This document shows, piece by piece, positions 34,065 through 46,662 of a stretch of DNA of 64,000 nucleotides. Each line of letters starts with the position of its first letter. Position 1 is the first letter of the stretch. The translations under genes and the position numbers were made by a program. This DNA is from Podarcis muralis (taxonomy: Eukaryota). The DNA lies in contig NC_135667.1 of assembly GCF_964188315.1 (NCBI RefSeq), positions 21,204,001-21,268,000 of the forward strand. Direction: 5' to 3'. The notes below the pieces were generated by a model. That model had not been told where the DNA came from. It ran no database searches and saw only the letters and a program-made list of their open reading frames with translations.

Positions 34065-34793
34065 ATCCAGTCCTGCGTATTTTTAAGTTAAGTGAACTAG
34101 ATTCTCAGCCCCACCCTCAATATGTTCCCCTTTTGGGTGGCTTCGAATGGGGAGAACGGTCTCTGCTTTCCTGCTGCTTCGCCAGTCCTGGTCCCCACAA
34201 GGACCCGCCCCCCTTCTTTCTTGCCAGCCAAGTTTCCGGGGAGTCCCTTGGGGAGAGGACGCCGAGGACCAAATGCCCCCATTCAGCTGGATGGACTGAT
34301 CCTTCCTCTCTCCCGAATCTGCAGTTCTGCCGGCGACTGGCCTGGCGGTTCGATTTGGTTCGATTTGGGTCGCAGCTTCCACCCCCTCCCCCGCAGGCGA
34401 GGACCTGAGAGAGAACCTCCGCGCCCGGCTTTCTGGGAAGCCCCATTCCTCCCTTCCCCTCGTTCCCCTCTGCCGTGCGCAGCAATGGGGGAAGAAGACT
34501 GACTGGCCGACCTCGCGGGTGTGTGTGTGTGTGTCAGGACTACCGAGTCATCATCGCCCAGGGAGCGTCCAGCGAAGATGCTCGACGGTGTCCGCCTGGC
34601 AGCAGGCAGCGGGAATTGCGAGGAGGATGCTCGCTTGCCAGGGCTCGTGCGCCCCGTCCCGGATCCTTGCCCAGGCCGTGGGAGGCAAGGATGCGCTGGC
34701 AGAGGCCGGGGGAGACGCCACCCGGGGGACAGGGCGGGCGGTGATAAAAGGGCTGCCCCTGCTCCGACGACACCAAGAGGTTGAGCTGGCAGA

Positions 34794-35342
34794 ATGGCGC
34801 TGAGCGGAATCAACCAGAGCCACGTGCAGCCCGTTTGGGCCGAGATCCCGTCCCGTTCCGCAGACATCGGCGCCCGGGCTGTGCCCAGGTAAGCCCGCCC
34901 CGTCGGGCAGGGACCCTCTCCCGATGGCGAGGCCATGGCCCGACACATCTCCTCTTTATTGTCGTAAGCTGACCTTCTTCTCCCCCTCCTCCCGTAGAAT
35001 CGTCTCCTTGGGGGAGTACGTCTCCAAGTTATTGTGCAGGATCAACACGGGCTCATATGCCCGCGCCCTGGAGGAAGGCGAGGGCGACCGCAGAAACCTG
35101 AGCGTCCTGCCCGCCCAGAACCTGCTGGCGGACCCCGTCAACTCCAGGGTGAGTCTGTCTCCCTCCCCGTCGGGCGGGGGCTCCAGACGTGGGTCCCTCC
35201 TTCGCCCCTTCGCCCCTTCGCGCCGCTCCGTCCTCTCTAACGCTCCCCGCCTTCGCCTCTCCCACAGCTGCCGAACCAAGACACCGAGGAGGAAATGGAC
35301 GTCTTCAGCGAGGCTGTGCTCATCATCAACGCGCTGCTCTAA
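34794..35342 (+). CDS. Alpha-globin-derived gene G3 (exons 34794-34888, 34998-35148, 35268-35342), 106 aa: MALSGINQSHVQPVWAEIPSRSADIGARAVPR/IVSLGEYVSKLLCRINTGSYARALEEGEGDRRNLSVLPAQNLLADPVNSR/LPNQDTEEEMDVFSEAVLIINALL
   Basis: TGATAAAA 34742-34749; GTAAG..CTGAC..TAG and GTGAG..CAG introns; TAA followed in frame by TAC CGC TAG (Y-R-stop); AATAAA 35435-35440. Confidence 0.82.
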
Positions 35343-36512
35343 TACCGCTAGGCCAGAGAAGCAGCCGGCGCCCTCCGCAGAAGTGCCGCCTGGACGTGGC
35401 AGCCTCGAGCACGTCCCTCCCCACCCCCACCCCTAATAAACCTGCTTTTAGCTCTCACTGCTCTCCCGGAGTCTATTTAGGCTGAACGGGGTGGGGGGGG
35501 GGGTGCGGGATCAGCAACCAGGGATGATAAGTTGACACCTTCACCGCAGACTGTTCATTTCCTGTGTTCACCAAAGTGGGTGGTCATTATAGGTGTCCAG
35601 GGTGGGTCACCTACACATACATTCCTATCCACACCAAACCAAGTGGTTATTAGAGGTCATTATGCAGGCCATTATGCAGGGACCTGCCCATGTATTCCTA
35701 TCCAAACACAGACATACACTTTTGGTGCACGCTTATGAGTGGCAGAGTGGGTGTAGGCCACATCTATGAGAAGGCAGAAATGTGAGTGGCATCAGAATTC
35801 CCTGGTTCCGCTAACCCAAGAGCTAAAAGAAGAGGAGCGTGTGTGACCTTGCAGGCCATTTCTCCCCTTGTCCACCAAAGGCTGAGCATGGAAGCCAGGC
35901 AAGAAGGCACCTGCAGAAGAGTCTCTTGGGAGGGCAGCTGTGGGGGTAATGTGGGGCTGGTGCTCTATGCAGGCTGGCCATACTGGGGGAGGGAAGGAGG
36001 AGGAGAAGGCGTGAGCACTTTGGGGCATCACAATTTTGCATGACACCCCCCCCCCAAGGAAACAGGATGTCCCAGACTGTTGACGGGCATGTGCCAGCCT
36101 AGGTGAGTTTCGCAGACTACCAATTGGGAACCGCTGATCCACAGTATTCCAAGTGTTTTTGCACCACAGATTTGTAGAATGGCATTCTGGGAGCCACAGT
36201 CTTGTTTTTAAATGCATTTTCAAGTGAACCCCACCCAACATGGAATGGGTCTTTTTCACAGCTGCAAAACACAGGGTTGGCCTTTTCATCCTGCTCTCCA
36301 CTACCATCTTAAGGTCGGACTAGATGACTCTGAGTTTCCCTCCCAACTCCATTATTCCCCCACCCCACCCCGTTCAGCCTAAATAGACTCCAGGAGAGCA
36401 GTGAGAGCTAAAAGCAGGTTTATTGGGGTGGGGGGGGGGAGGGACGTGGTCGAGGCTGCCACGTCCAGGCGGCACTTCTGCGGAGGGCGCCGGCTGCTTC
36501 TTTCGCCTAGCG

Positions 36513-37065
36513 TTATATGGAGAACACCCCATCGCCGAAGCACGCAGCCGAGCTGAAGATGCCCATTTCCACCTGGATGTCTGGGCTCGGCACCTGCAGG
36601 AGGGGCGAAGCGGGGAGCGTTAGAGAGGACGGAGCGGCGCGAAGGGGCGAAGGAGGGACCCACGTCTGGAGCCCCCGCCCGACGGGGAGGGAGACAGACT
36701 CACCCTGGAGTTGACGGGGTCCGCGAGCAGGTTCTGGGCGGGCAGGGGGCTCGGGTTGCTGCGGTTGCCCTCGCCTTCCTCCAGGTCGCGTAAGTATGAG
36801 TCCAGGTCGATACAGGTGAATACCTCGAGGATGTACTCCTCTAAAAGGCCGTTTCTACGGGAGGAGTGGGAGAAGAAGGTCAGCTTGCGGGAAACGAGAG
36901 TAAAGAGGAGAAGGGCCGGGCCATGGCCTCGCCATCGGCAGAGGGTCCCTGGCCGACGGGGCGGGCTTACCTGGGCACAGCCTGGACGCCGATGTCTGCG
37001 GAACGGGACGGGATCTCGCCCCAAACGGGCTGCACGTGGCTCTGGTTGACTCCGCTCAGCGCCAT
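36513..37065 (-). CDS. Alpha-globin-derived gene G4 (exons 37065-36971, 36854-36704, 36593-36513), 108 aa: MALSGVNQSHVQPVWGEIPSRSADIGVQAVPR/NGLLEEYILEVFTCIDLDSYLRDLEEGEGNRSNPSPLPAQNLLADPVNSR/VPSPDIQVEMGIFSSAACFGDGVFSI
   Basis: Same splice signals, open spliced frame, AATAAA at 36424-36419. Confidence 0.8.
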
Positions 37066-39658
37066 CCTGCCAGCTCAACCTCTTGGTGCCGTCGGAGCAG
37101 GGGCAGCCCTTTTATCACCGCCCGCCCTGTCCCCCGGGTGGCGTCTCCCCCGGCCTCTGCCAGCGCGTCCTTGCCTCCCACGGCCTGGGCAAGGATCCGG
37201 GACGGGGCGCACGAGCCCTGGCAAGCGAGCATCCTCCTCGCAATTCCCGCTGCCTGCTGCCAGGCGGACACCGTCGAGCATCTTCGCTGGACGCTCCCTG
37301 GGCGATGATAACTCGGTAGTCCTGACACCCGCCCCCCCGCGAGGTCGGCCAGTCAGTCTTCTTCCCCCATTGCTGCGCACGGCAGAGGGGAACAAGGGGA
37401 AGGGAGGAATGGGGCCTCCCAGAAAGCCGTGCGCGGAGGTTCTCTCTCAGGTCCTCGCCTGCGGGGGAGGGGGTGGAAGCTGCGACCCAAATCGAACCAA
37501 ATGGGTCGCTCCTTTGCCCGCCAGGCCAGTCGCCGGCAGGACTGCAGATGCGGGAGAGAGGAATGATCAGTCCGTCCAGCTGAATGGGGGCATTTGGTCC
37601 TCGGCGTCCTCTCCCCAAGGGACTCCCCGGAAACTTGGCTGGCAAGAAAGAAGGGGGGCTGGTCCTTGTGGGGACCAGGACTGGCGAAGCAGCAGGAAAG
37701 CAGAGACCGTTCTCCCCATTCCAAGACACCCAAAAGGGGAACATATTGAGGGTGGGGCTGAGAATCTAGTTCAGTTTCCTTAAAAATACGCAGGACTGGA
37801 TAGTTCATGCAAGGCGTAACAGGTTTATGGAAATAAACAAAGGAGCAGATTTCAAGCAACAACTTGGAACGTGAAAAGAAAGAACAATGCTTACCCAATC
37901 TATAGTTCAGCCCAGTCTAATTGGTGAGGTCAAATATATGTGGGAAGCAGATTGGATTATTAGACATATATTTTAGGTTACTAAACTGCAGCCCAGTTCC
38001 AAACTGGACCATTTCCTACCAACCCTGAAATGAGAAAGAAGAATTTTGTTTAATTGCTTATTCGTTAATTAGGATTCCAGGGGAAATGGTCGAGTTTGGA
38101 ACTAAGCCCCAGTTCAGTAGCCTAGAAATTACAGCTCAATTATGCTGGGCTGAACTAGAGAGTGGGTCAGTATTATTCTTTCTTGTTACGTTCCAAGTTG
38201 TTGCTTGAAACCTCTTCTTCTGTTTATTGTCATAAACCTATTTATGGGAAAGCCTTGCACAATCACTTGGGTATGAAACAGATTCCCCTCTTTGTTCAAT
38301 ATTTGGTGCTGGACACAGCAAGTGGTGGAACAAGATTCTTCCGGTGGATCTCAAGGAACACAAACACCACCAACACCAACAAAGAGGGCGCCTCTAATCA
38401 TTCCAGTCTTAGACTTGAAAGAAGTACAGTAACAAGTTTAAGGAGCGGGTGCAGATTCAGAGTCACTATGTGTTGAGAGTGCAAAGTTGGAGGCAGCAAG
38501 GAGCCCTCAAGACTGTCCTGGAAGGAACTCCAGGGGATGAGCAACCAGGGATGATAAGTTGACACCTTCGCCACAGACTGCAACCAACGGTTCATTTCCT
38601 GTGTTCACCAAAGTGGGTGGTCATTATAGGTGTCCAGGGTGGGTCACCGACACATACATTCCTATCCACACCAAACCAAGTGGTTATTAGAGGCAATAGA
38701 GGCCATCATGCAGGGACCTGGCCATGTATTCCTATCCAAACACAGACATACACTTTTGGTGCACGCTTATGAGTGGCAGAGTGGGTGTAAGCCACATTTA
38801 TGAGAAGGCAGAAACATGAGTGGCATCAGAATTCCCCGGTTCAGCTAACCCAGAAGCTAAAAGAAGAGGAGCGTGTGTGACCTTGCAGGCCATTTCTCCC
38901 CTTGTCCACGAAAGGCTGAGCATGGAAGCCAGGCAAGAAGGCCCCGGCAGAAGAGTCTCTTGGGAGGGCAGCTGTGGGGGTAATGTGAGGCTGGTGCTCC
39001 ATGCAGGCTTGCCATACTGGGGGAGGGAAGCAGGAGGAGAAGGCGTGAGCACTTTGGGGCATCACAATTTTGCATTACCCCCCCCCCCCAAGAAAACAGG
39101 ATGTCCCAGACTGTTGACGGGCATGTGCCAGCCAGAGACCCTCTAGGTGAGTTTCGCAGACTACCAATTGGGAACCGCTGATCCACAGTATTCCAAGTGT
39201 TTTTGCACCACAGATTTGTAGAATGGCATTCTGGGAGCCACAGTCTTGTTTTTAAATGCATTTTCAAGTGACTCCCACCCAGCATGGAATGGGCCTTTTT
39301 CACATTTGCAGAACACAGGCGTGGCCTTTTCATCCAGCTCTCCACTACCATCTTAAGGTCTTGGTCCAAGTTGGCCACTGCCAGTTCAGACCCAGGAATA
39401 TATATGTCTGGAGTTAAGATATGTCTTTTTTTGCATCACAGAATCATAGAGTTGGAAGGGATCCCGAGGCTCAACGAGCCCAACCCCCAGCAATGAAGGA
39501 ATCTCAGCTGAAGTATCCCAGACAGATGGACATCCAACCTCTGCTTTAAAATCTCCAAGGAAGGCGAGTCCACCACCTTCAAAGGGAGTCTGTTCCACCC
39601 TTAAACAGCTCTTGCTTTCAGAAAGTTATTCCAAGTGTCCACAGCGCCCCCCCCCCAA

Positions 39659-39917
39659 GACAGCATTGCGGACGGCCTCAGCAACCTGAGCGCCCTGCTG
39701 GAGGAGGAGATGATCTTCCAAGGGAGTCTCTCTCTCTCCCCTTAGGGGGGCTCTGGAGGGGGCGTCCCTCCTTTCCTCTTTTGCACCCGCTCAATCCTCC
39801 CAGCCTAATGCTCCCCACCTCTGCTTCTCCTGCAGCTGCTGGGTAATATCATCATGGTGATGGCCACCTCAGAATCCAATTCCTAGGGACCGAGGTCCAT
39901 TTGGGGTCCCCAATAAA
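39659..39917 (+). pseudogene. Globin relic R2
   Basis: As R1; exon 3 from 39836 reads LLGNIIMVMATSESNS*; AATAAA 39912-39917. Confidence 0.65.
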
Positions 39918-40081
39918 GTATTTGAGGAGGCTGGGCCTCCACGAGACCAGCATCAGAGACCTCGCCCCCCAAAACATACCCAGCAATGACAATCAGTCTG
40001 CACTCTGTGTCCATTGAGGGTTCTCAGTTCTTGGGCAATTGGGAGAGTTCTTCCCCTTTGGGATTTTTCTTAATTTCCCTT

Positions 40082-41600
40082 TTGTTGTGCAAACCACAGG
40101 GGTGTGGGGCCTCCCCCCAAGCCTTGTGGCCCCTTCCACTTCTGTGTCGGCAGCGCTAGTTGGGCTCAGTAAGCAACTACCCTCTTGGCTGAAGAGGTAG
40201 AAAAAACAATCTGGGCAGCTTGGCAGGTCCTAATCCCAGACCAGGAGGTTCTTGGTTCAAGGTCCCTTCCCTCAGGCCATGAGCCCGCTGCTTGGAAGGG
40301 CGCATCATTGCAAGGAAATCTGCAGCTCCTCCAAACTGACTGATATTCCACGGACCAAATGAGAGTAGCAGCACTTCACCGCTGGCGACTGAGCAACCTC
40401 TGATATCGTTCCTTGTTCTCTTCAGCCAGTTTTGGCCAAACCACACTGTGTTTCTTTTCTGATGCAGGTTCTTCTGACACTGAGGGGACATGGGACTCCC
40501 TGGCAGACGTGGGAAGCGAGACCCTTCTGCAGGGGCAGGTGGGCAGGCTACTAGACTGCTCTGATCTACAAGAGACATCCAAATCCTTACAGGGGAAGCT
40601 GACACCCTGAGAATTACCGTATGCAGCACAAAGATTTTACTTTTGTCATGAACTTGCTAGGCAGTCTCAGGCAAGCCACTCTCCATTTCAGCTCCTTTCC
40701 CCCATGTTCAACATGAGCAAAATAATGTTCGCATTCCTGCATTGTGGGGGTTGGACTGGATGCTCTTATTCAGTTAATTAGCCTTTTTTTGTCCACCATT
40801 TTGTCTCCACTGCAGTGGTTCTATGATGTAGCAAGATGGCTGCCATTGCCACCTCCTATTTCCATAATAATTAATTTTTGTACCTCTTCCAACTGACTGG
40901 GTTGTTCCAGCTACTCTGGGTGACTTACTAAAGAATTATTGGGCAGAGGCCATGACTGTTCAAGTGTTATAATAGTCTTTTGAATGTACAGTCGTACCTT
41001 GGTTTTCAAACAACTTATTCCTCGAACGTTTTGGCTCCCGAACATTGCAAATCTGGCAGTGACTGTTCTGGTTTGCAAACTATTTTTGGAAGCCGAATGT
41101 CAGACGGGGCTTCCTGAAGCCAATCGGAAGCTGTGCTTTGGTTTCCAAACAGCCAGAAAATGGGAAGCCCCATTCAATTAATCAATATGAAATGTTTAAT
41201 TGGATTGTTTTTATTTATTTTTTATTTTGGATATGACATGGCAAGATTTCATATGTTCTTAATTGAGATGTTATTAATGAAAAATTAATTAAAAAATATT
41301 TATTTATTTATTTATTTATTTATTTTAAAAGAGGCCGATGAGAATCCTTGTCTCCTCTCCTGATGAGCCTCCAGCTTGGCTCCTGGGCATTGCCCGATAA
41401 AAGGAAGCCCTTCTCAAGAAGCAAAATGGTGTTTCCTGCCATCTTGGGCCCCTCCAGGCCTGCAAGCTCCCCTGCTGTAGAGATATTCTCCCGTGGAAAG
41501 GACACTCCCGGGAGGTGGTGGACTCTCCTTTCTTGGAAGGTTTTAAGCAGAGGGTGGGTGGCCGCCTGCCAGGGACGATTTGATTCCGGGGATTGGACTA
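40082..41600 (+). repeat. Duplicon module A, copy 4
   Basis: Matches 3776-5400 with an internal deletion near 41150. Confidence 0.8.
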
Positions 41601-41793
41601 GATGACTCTGAGTGTCCCTCCCAACTCCATTATTTCCCCGCCCCGCCCCCACCCTGTTCAGCCTAAATAGACTCCAGGAGAGCAGTGAGAGCTAAAAGCA
41701 GGTTTATTGGGGGTCGGGGGAGGGACGTGGTCGAGGCTGCCACGTCCAGGCAGCACTTCTGCGGAGGGCGCCGGCTGCTTCTCTGGCCTAGCG

Positions 41794-42340
41794 TTATATG
41801 GAGCGAAAACCGTTGACGATGCACGCAGCCGAGCAGAAGATGCCCATTTCCAGCTGGATGTCTGGGTACGGCACCTGCAGGAGGGGCGAAGGCGGGGAGC
41901 GTTAGAGAGGACGGAGCGGCGCGAAGGGGCGAAGGAGGGACCCACGTCTGGAGCCCCCGCCCGACGGGGAGAGAGAGAGACTCACCCTGGAGTTGACGGG
42001 GTCCGCCAGCAGGTTCTGGGCGGGCAGGGCGCTCAGGTTTCTGCGGTCGCCCTCGCCTTCCTCCAGGGCGCGGGCATATGAGCCCATGTTGATCCTGCAC
42101 AATAACTTGGAGACGTACTCCCCCAAGGTGACGATTCTACGGGAGGAGGGGGAGAAGAAGGTCAGCTTACGACAATAAAGAGGAGATGTGTCGGGCCATG
42201 GCCTCGCCATCGGGAGAGGGTCCCTGCCCGACGGGGCGGGCTTACCTGATCACAGCCCGGGCGCCGATGTCTGCGGAACGGGACGGGATCTCGGCCCAAA
42301 CGGGCTGCACGTGGCTCTGGTTGACTCCGCTCAGCGCCAT
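41794..42340 (-). CDS. Alpha-globin-derived gene G5 (exons 42340-42246, 42136-41986, 41874-41794), 108 aa: MALSGVNQSHVQPVWAEIPSRSADIGARAVIR/IVTLGEYVSKLLCRINMGSYARALEEGEGDRRNLSALPAQNLLADPVNSR/VPYPDIQLEMGIFCSAACIVNGFRSI
   Basis: Same splice signals, open spliced frame, AATAAA at 41708-41703. Confidence 0.8.
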
Positions 42341-43440
42341 CCTGCCAGCTCAACCTCTTGGTGCCGTCGGAGCAGGGGCAGCCCTTTTATCACCGCCCGC
42401 CCTGTCCCCCGGGTGGCGTCTCCCCCGGCCTCTGCCAGCGCGTCCTTGCCTCCCACGGCCTGGGCAAGGATCCGGGACGGGGCGCACGAGCCCTGGCAAG
42501 CGAGCATCCTCCTCGCAATTCCCGCTGCCTGCTGCCAGGCGGACACCGTCGAGCATCTTCGCTGGACGCTCCCTGGGCGATGATAACTCGGTAGTCCTGA
42601 CACCCGCCCCCCCGCGAGGTCGGCCAGTCAGTCTTCTTCCCCCATTGCTGCGCACGGCAGAGGGGAACGAGGGGAAGGGAGGAATGGGGCCTCCCAGAAA
42701 GCCGGGCGCGGAGGTTCTCTCTCAGGTCCTCGCCTGCGGGGGTGGGGGTGGGGGTGGAAGTTGCGACCCAAATCGAACCAAATAGAACCAAATCGAACCG
42801 CCAGGCCAGTCGCCGGCAGGACTGCAGATTCGGGAGAGAGGAAGGATCAGTCTGTCCAGCTGAATGGGGGCATTTGGTCCTCGGCGTCCTCTCCCCAAGG
42901 GACTCCCCGGAAACTTGGCTGGCAAGAAAGAAGGGGGGCGGGTCCTTGTGGGGACCAGGACTGGCGAAGCAGCAGGAAAGCAGAGACCGTTCTTCCCATT
43001 CCAAGCCACCCAAAAGTGGAACATATTGAGGGTGGGGCTGAGAATCTAGTTCACTTTACTTAAAAATACGCAGGACTGAAGAGTTCGTGCAAGGCGTAAC
43101 AGGTTTATGGAAATAAACAAAGGAGCAGATTTCAAGCAACAACTTGGAACATGAAAAGAAAGAACAACGCTTACCCAATCTATAGTTCAGCCCAGTCTAA
43201 TTGGTGAGGGTAAATATATGTGGGAAGCAGACTGGTTTATTAGAAATATATTTTAGGTTACTAAACTGCAGCTCAGTTCCAAACTGGACCATTTCCTACC
43301 AACCCTGAAATGAGAAAGAAGAATTTTGTATAATTGCTTATTCGTTAATTAGGATTCCAAGGGAAATGGTCCAGTTTGGAACTGAGCCCCAGTTCAGTAG
43401 CCTAGAAATTACAGCTCAGTTACGCTGGGCTGAACTATCG

Positions 43441-43712
43441 ATTTGTTGTTGTTTAGTTGTTTAGTCGTGCCTGACTCTTCTTGACCCCATGGACCAGAGT
43501 ACGCCAGGCCCTCCTGTCTTTCACGGCCTCCTGCAGCTTGGTCAAACTCATGCTCGTAGCTTCGAGAACACTGTCCAACCATCTCGTCCTCTGTTGTCCC
43601 CTTCTCCTTGTGCCCTCCATCTTTCCCAACATCAGGGTCTTTTCCAGGGACTCTTCTCTTCTCATGAGGTGGCCAAAGTACTGGAGCCTCAGCTTCACGA
43701 TCTGTCCTTCAG
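43441..43712 (-). mobile_element. RTE-BovB LINE 3' end (duplicate of the 33.2-kb insertion)
   Basis: Same translation and same flanks as 33213-33470, in inverted orientation. Confidence 0.9.
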
Positions 43713-45392
43713 AACTATAGATTGAGTCAGTATTATTCTTTGTTTTTACTTTCCAAGTTGTTGCTTGAAGACTCTTCCTCTGTTTTTCCCCATAAACCTA
43801 TTTATGGGAAAGCCTTGCACAAACACTTGGGTATGAAACAGATGCCCTTCTTTGTTCAATATTTGTTGCTACACAGCAAGTGGTGGAACAAGATTCTTCC
43901 GGTGGATCTCAAGGAACACAAACACCACCAGCACCAACAAAGAGGGCGCCTCTAATCACTCCAGTCTTAGACTTGAAAGAAGTACAGTAACAAGTTTAAG
44001 GAGCGGGTGCAGATTCAGAGTCACTATGTGTTGAGAGTGCAAAGTTGGATAAGATATGGAAAGTGTTTTAAACTGTTTTTGTTTGGTTATGTTATTTAGT
44101 GTTTTTGTATTGTATTGTTCGTTTTGTTTTTTGTTTGTTTTGTTGTGTTTAAATTGTGGGAAAAGTAATAAAAACCTTTTTTTTTAAAAAAAAAAAGAGA
44201 GAGAGTGCAAAGTTGGAGGCAGCAGGGAGCCCTCAAGACTGTCCTGGAAGGAACTCCAGGGGATCAGCAACCAGGGATGATAAGTTGACACCTTCGCCAC
44301 AGACTGCAACCAACGGTTCATTTCCTGTGTTCACCAAAGTGGGTGGTCATAATAGGTGTCCAGGGTGGGTCACCGACACATACCGTACATTCCTATCCAC
44401 ACCAAACCAAGTGGTTATTAGAGGCAATAGAGGCCATCATGCAGGGACCTGGCCATGTATTCCTATCAAAACACAGACATACACTTTTGGTGCACGCTTA
44501 TGAGTGGCAAAGTGGGTGTAAGCCACATCTATGAGAAGGCAGAAACATGAGTGGCAGCAGAATTCCCCGGTTCAGCTAACCCAAAAGCTTAAAGAAGAGG
44601 AGCGTGTGTGACCTTGCAGGCCATTTCTCCCCTTGTCCACGAAAGGCTGAGCATGGAAGCCAGGCAAGAAGGCACCTGCAGAAGAGTCTCTTGGGAGGGC
44701 AGCTGTGGGGGTAATGTGGGGCTGGTGCTCTATGCAGGCTTGCCATACTGGGGGAGGGAAGGAGGAGGAGAAGGCGTGAGCACTTTGGGGCATCACAATT
44801 TTGCATGAACCCCCCCCCCCCAAGAAAACAGGATGTCCCAGACTGTTGACGGGCATGTGCCAGCCACAGACCCTCTAGGTGAGTTTCGCAGACTACCAAT
44901 TGGGAACCGCTGATCCACAGTATTCCAAGTGTTTTTGCACCACAGATTTGTAGAATGGCATTCTGGGAGCCACAGTCTTGTTTTTAAATGCATTTTCAAG
45001 TGACCCCCACCCAGCATGGAATGGGCCTTTTTCACATTTGCAGAACACAGGCGTGGCCTTTTCATCCAGCTCTCCACTACCATCTTAAGGTCTCGGTCCA
45101 AGTTGGCCACTGCCAGTTCAGACCCAGGAATATATATGTCTGGAGTTAAGATATGTCTTTTTTTGCATCACAGAATCATAGAGTTGGAAGGGATCCCGAG
45201 GCTCATCGAGCCCAACCCCCAGCAATGAAGGAATCTCAGCTGAAGTATCCCAGACAGATGGACATCCAACCTCTGCTTTAAAATCTCCAAGGAAGGCGAG
45301 TCCACCACCTTCAAAGGGAGTCTGTTCCACCCTTAAACAGCTCTTGCTTTCAGAAAGTTATTCCAAGTGTCCACAGCGCCCCCCCCCCCCAA

Positions 45393-45637
45393 GACAGCAT
45401 TGCGGACGGCCTCAGCAACCTAAGCGCCCTGCTGGAGGAGGAGATAACCTTCTGAGGGAGTCTCTCTTCCTCCCCGTAGGGGGGCTCCTCCTTTCCTCTT
45501 TTGCACCCGCTCAATCCTCCCAGCCTAATGCTCCCCACCTCTGCTTCTCCTGCAGCTGCTGGGTAATATCATCATGGTGATGGCCACCTCAGAACCCAAT
45601 TCCTAGGGACCAAGGTCCATTTGGGGTCCCCAATAAA
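45393..45637 (+). pseudogene. Globin relic R3
   Basis: As R1; exon 3 from 45556 reads LLGNIIMVMATSEPNS*; AATAAA 45632-45637. Confidence 0.65.
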
Positions 45638-45802
45638 GTTTTTGAGGAGGCTGGGCCTCCACGAGACCAGCATCAGAGACCTCGCCCCCCAAAACATACC
45701 CAGCAATGACAATCTGTCTGCACTCTGTGTCCATTGAGGGTTCTCAGTTCTTGGGCAATTGGGAGAGTTCTTCCCCTTTGGGATTCTTCTTAATTTCCCT
45801 GT

Positions 45803-46660
45803 TGTTGTGCAAACCACAGGGGTGTGGGGCCTCCCCCCAAGCCTTGTGGCCCCTCCCACTTCTGTGTAGGCAGCGCTAGTTGAGCTCAGTAAGCAACCTC
45901 CCTCTTGGCTGAAGAGGTAGAAAAAACAACCTGGGCAGCTTGGCAGGTCCCAAGCCCAGACCAGGAGGCTCTTGGTTCAAGGCCCCTTCCCTCAGGCCAT
46001 GAGCCCGCTGCTTGGAAGGGCCCATCATTGCAAGGAAATCTGCAGCTCCTCCTAACTGACTGATATTCTAAGGACCAAATGAGAGTAGCAGCACTTCACC
46101 TCTGGCGACTGAGCAACCTCTGATATCATTCCTTCTTCTCTTCAGCCAGTTTTGGCCAAACCACAGTGTGTTTCTTTTCTGATGCAGGTTCTTCTGACAC
46201 AGAGGGGACATGGGACTCCCTGGCAGACGTGGGAAGCGAGACCCTTCTGCAGGGGCAGGTGGGCAGGGTACTAGACTGCTCTGATCTACCAGAGACATCC
46301 AAATCCTTACAGGGGAAGCTGACACCTTTAGAATTATGCAGCACAAAGGTTTTACTTTTGTCATGAACTTGCTAGGCAGTCTCAGGCAAGCCACTCTCCA
46401 TTTCAGCTCCTTTCCCCCATGTTCAACATGAGCAAAATAATGTTCGCATTCCTGCATTGTGGGGGTTGGACTGGATGCTCTTATTCAGTTAATTAGCCTC
46501 TTTTGTCCACCATTTTGTCTCCATTGCAGTGGTTCTATGAGGTAGCAAGATGGCTGCCATTGCCACCTCCTATTTCCATAATAATTAATTTTTGTACCTC
46601 TTCCAACTGACTAGGTTGTTCCAGCTACTCTGGGTGACTTACTAAAGAATTACTGGGCGG
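45803..46660 (+). repeat. Duplicon module A, copy 5
   Basis: Matches 3776-4635. Confidence 0.8.
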
Positions 46661-46662
46661 AG

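Noticed and set aside
35268-35342. EEEMDVF plus hydrophobic tail resembles a BH3-only protein such as BIK
   Set aside because: The core L-x-x-x-G-D of BH3 is missing; the match is short and is explained by drift of globin exon 3.
36866-37783. Long GC-rich ORFs over the repeated units (for example 305 aa at 36866-37783, 316 aa at 49912-50862, 233 aa at 25471-26172)
   Set aside because: They are antisense or intron read-through frames of the GC-rich globin-derived units, with no domain signature and no consistent start or stop between copies.
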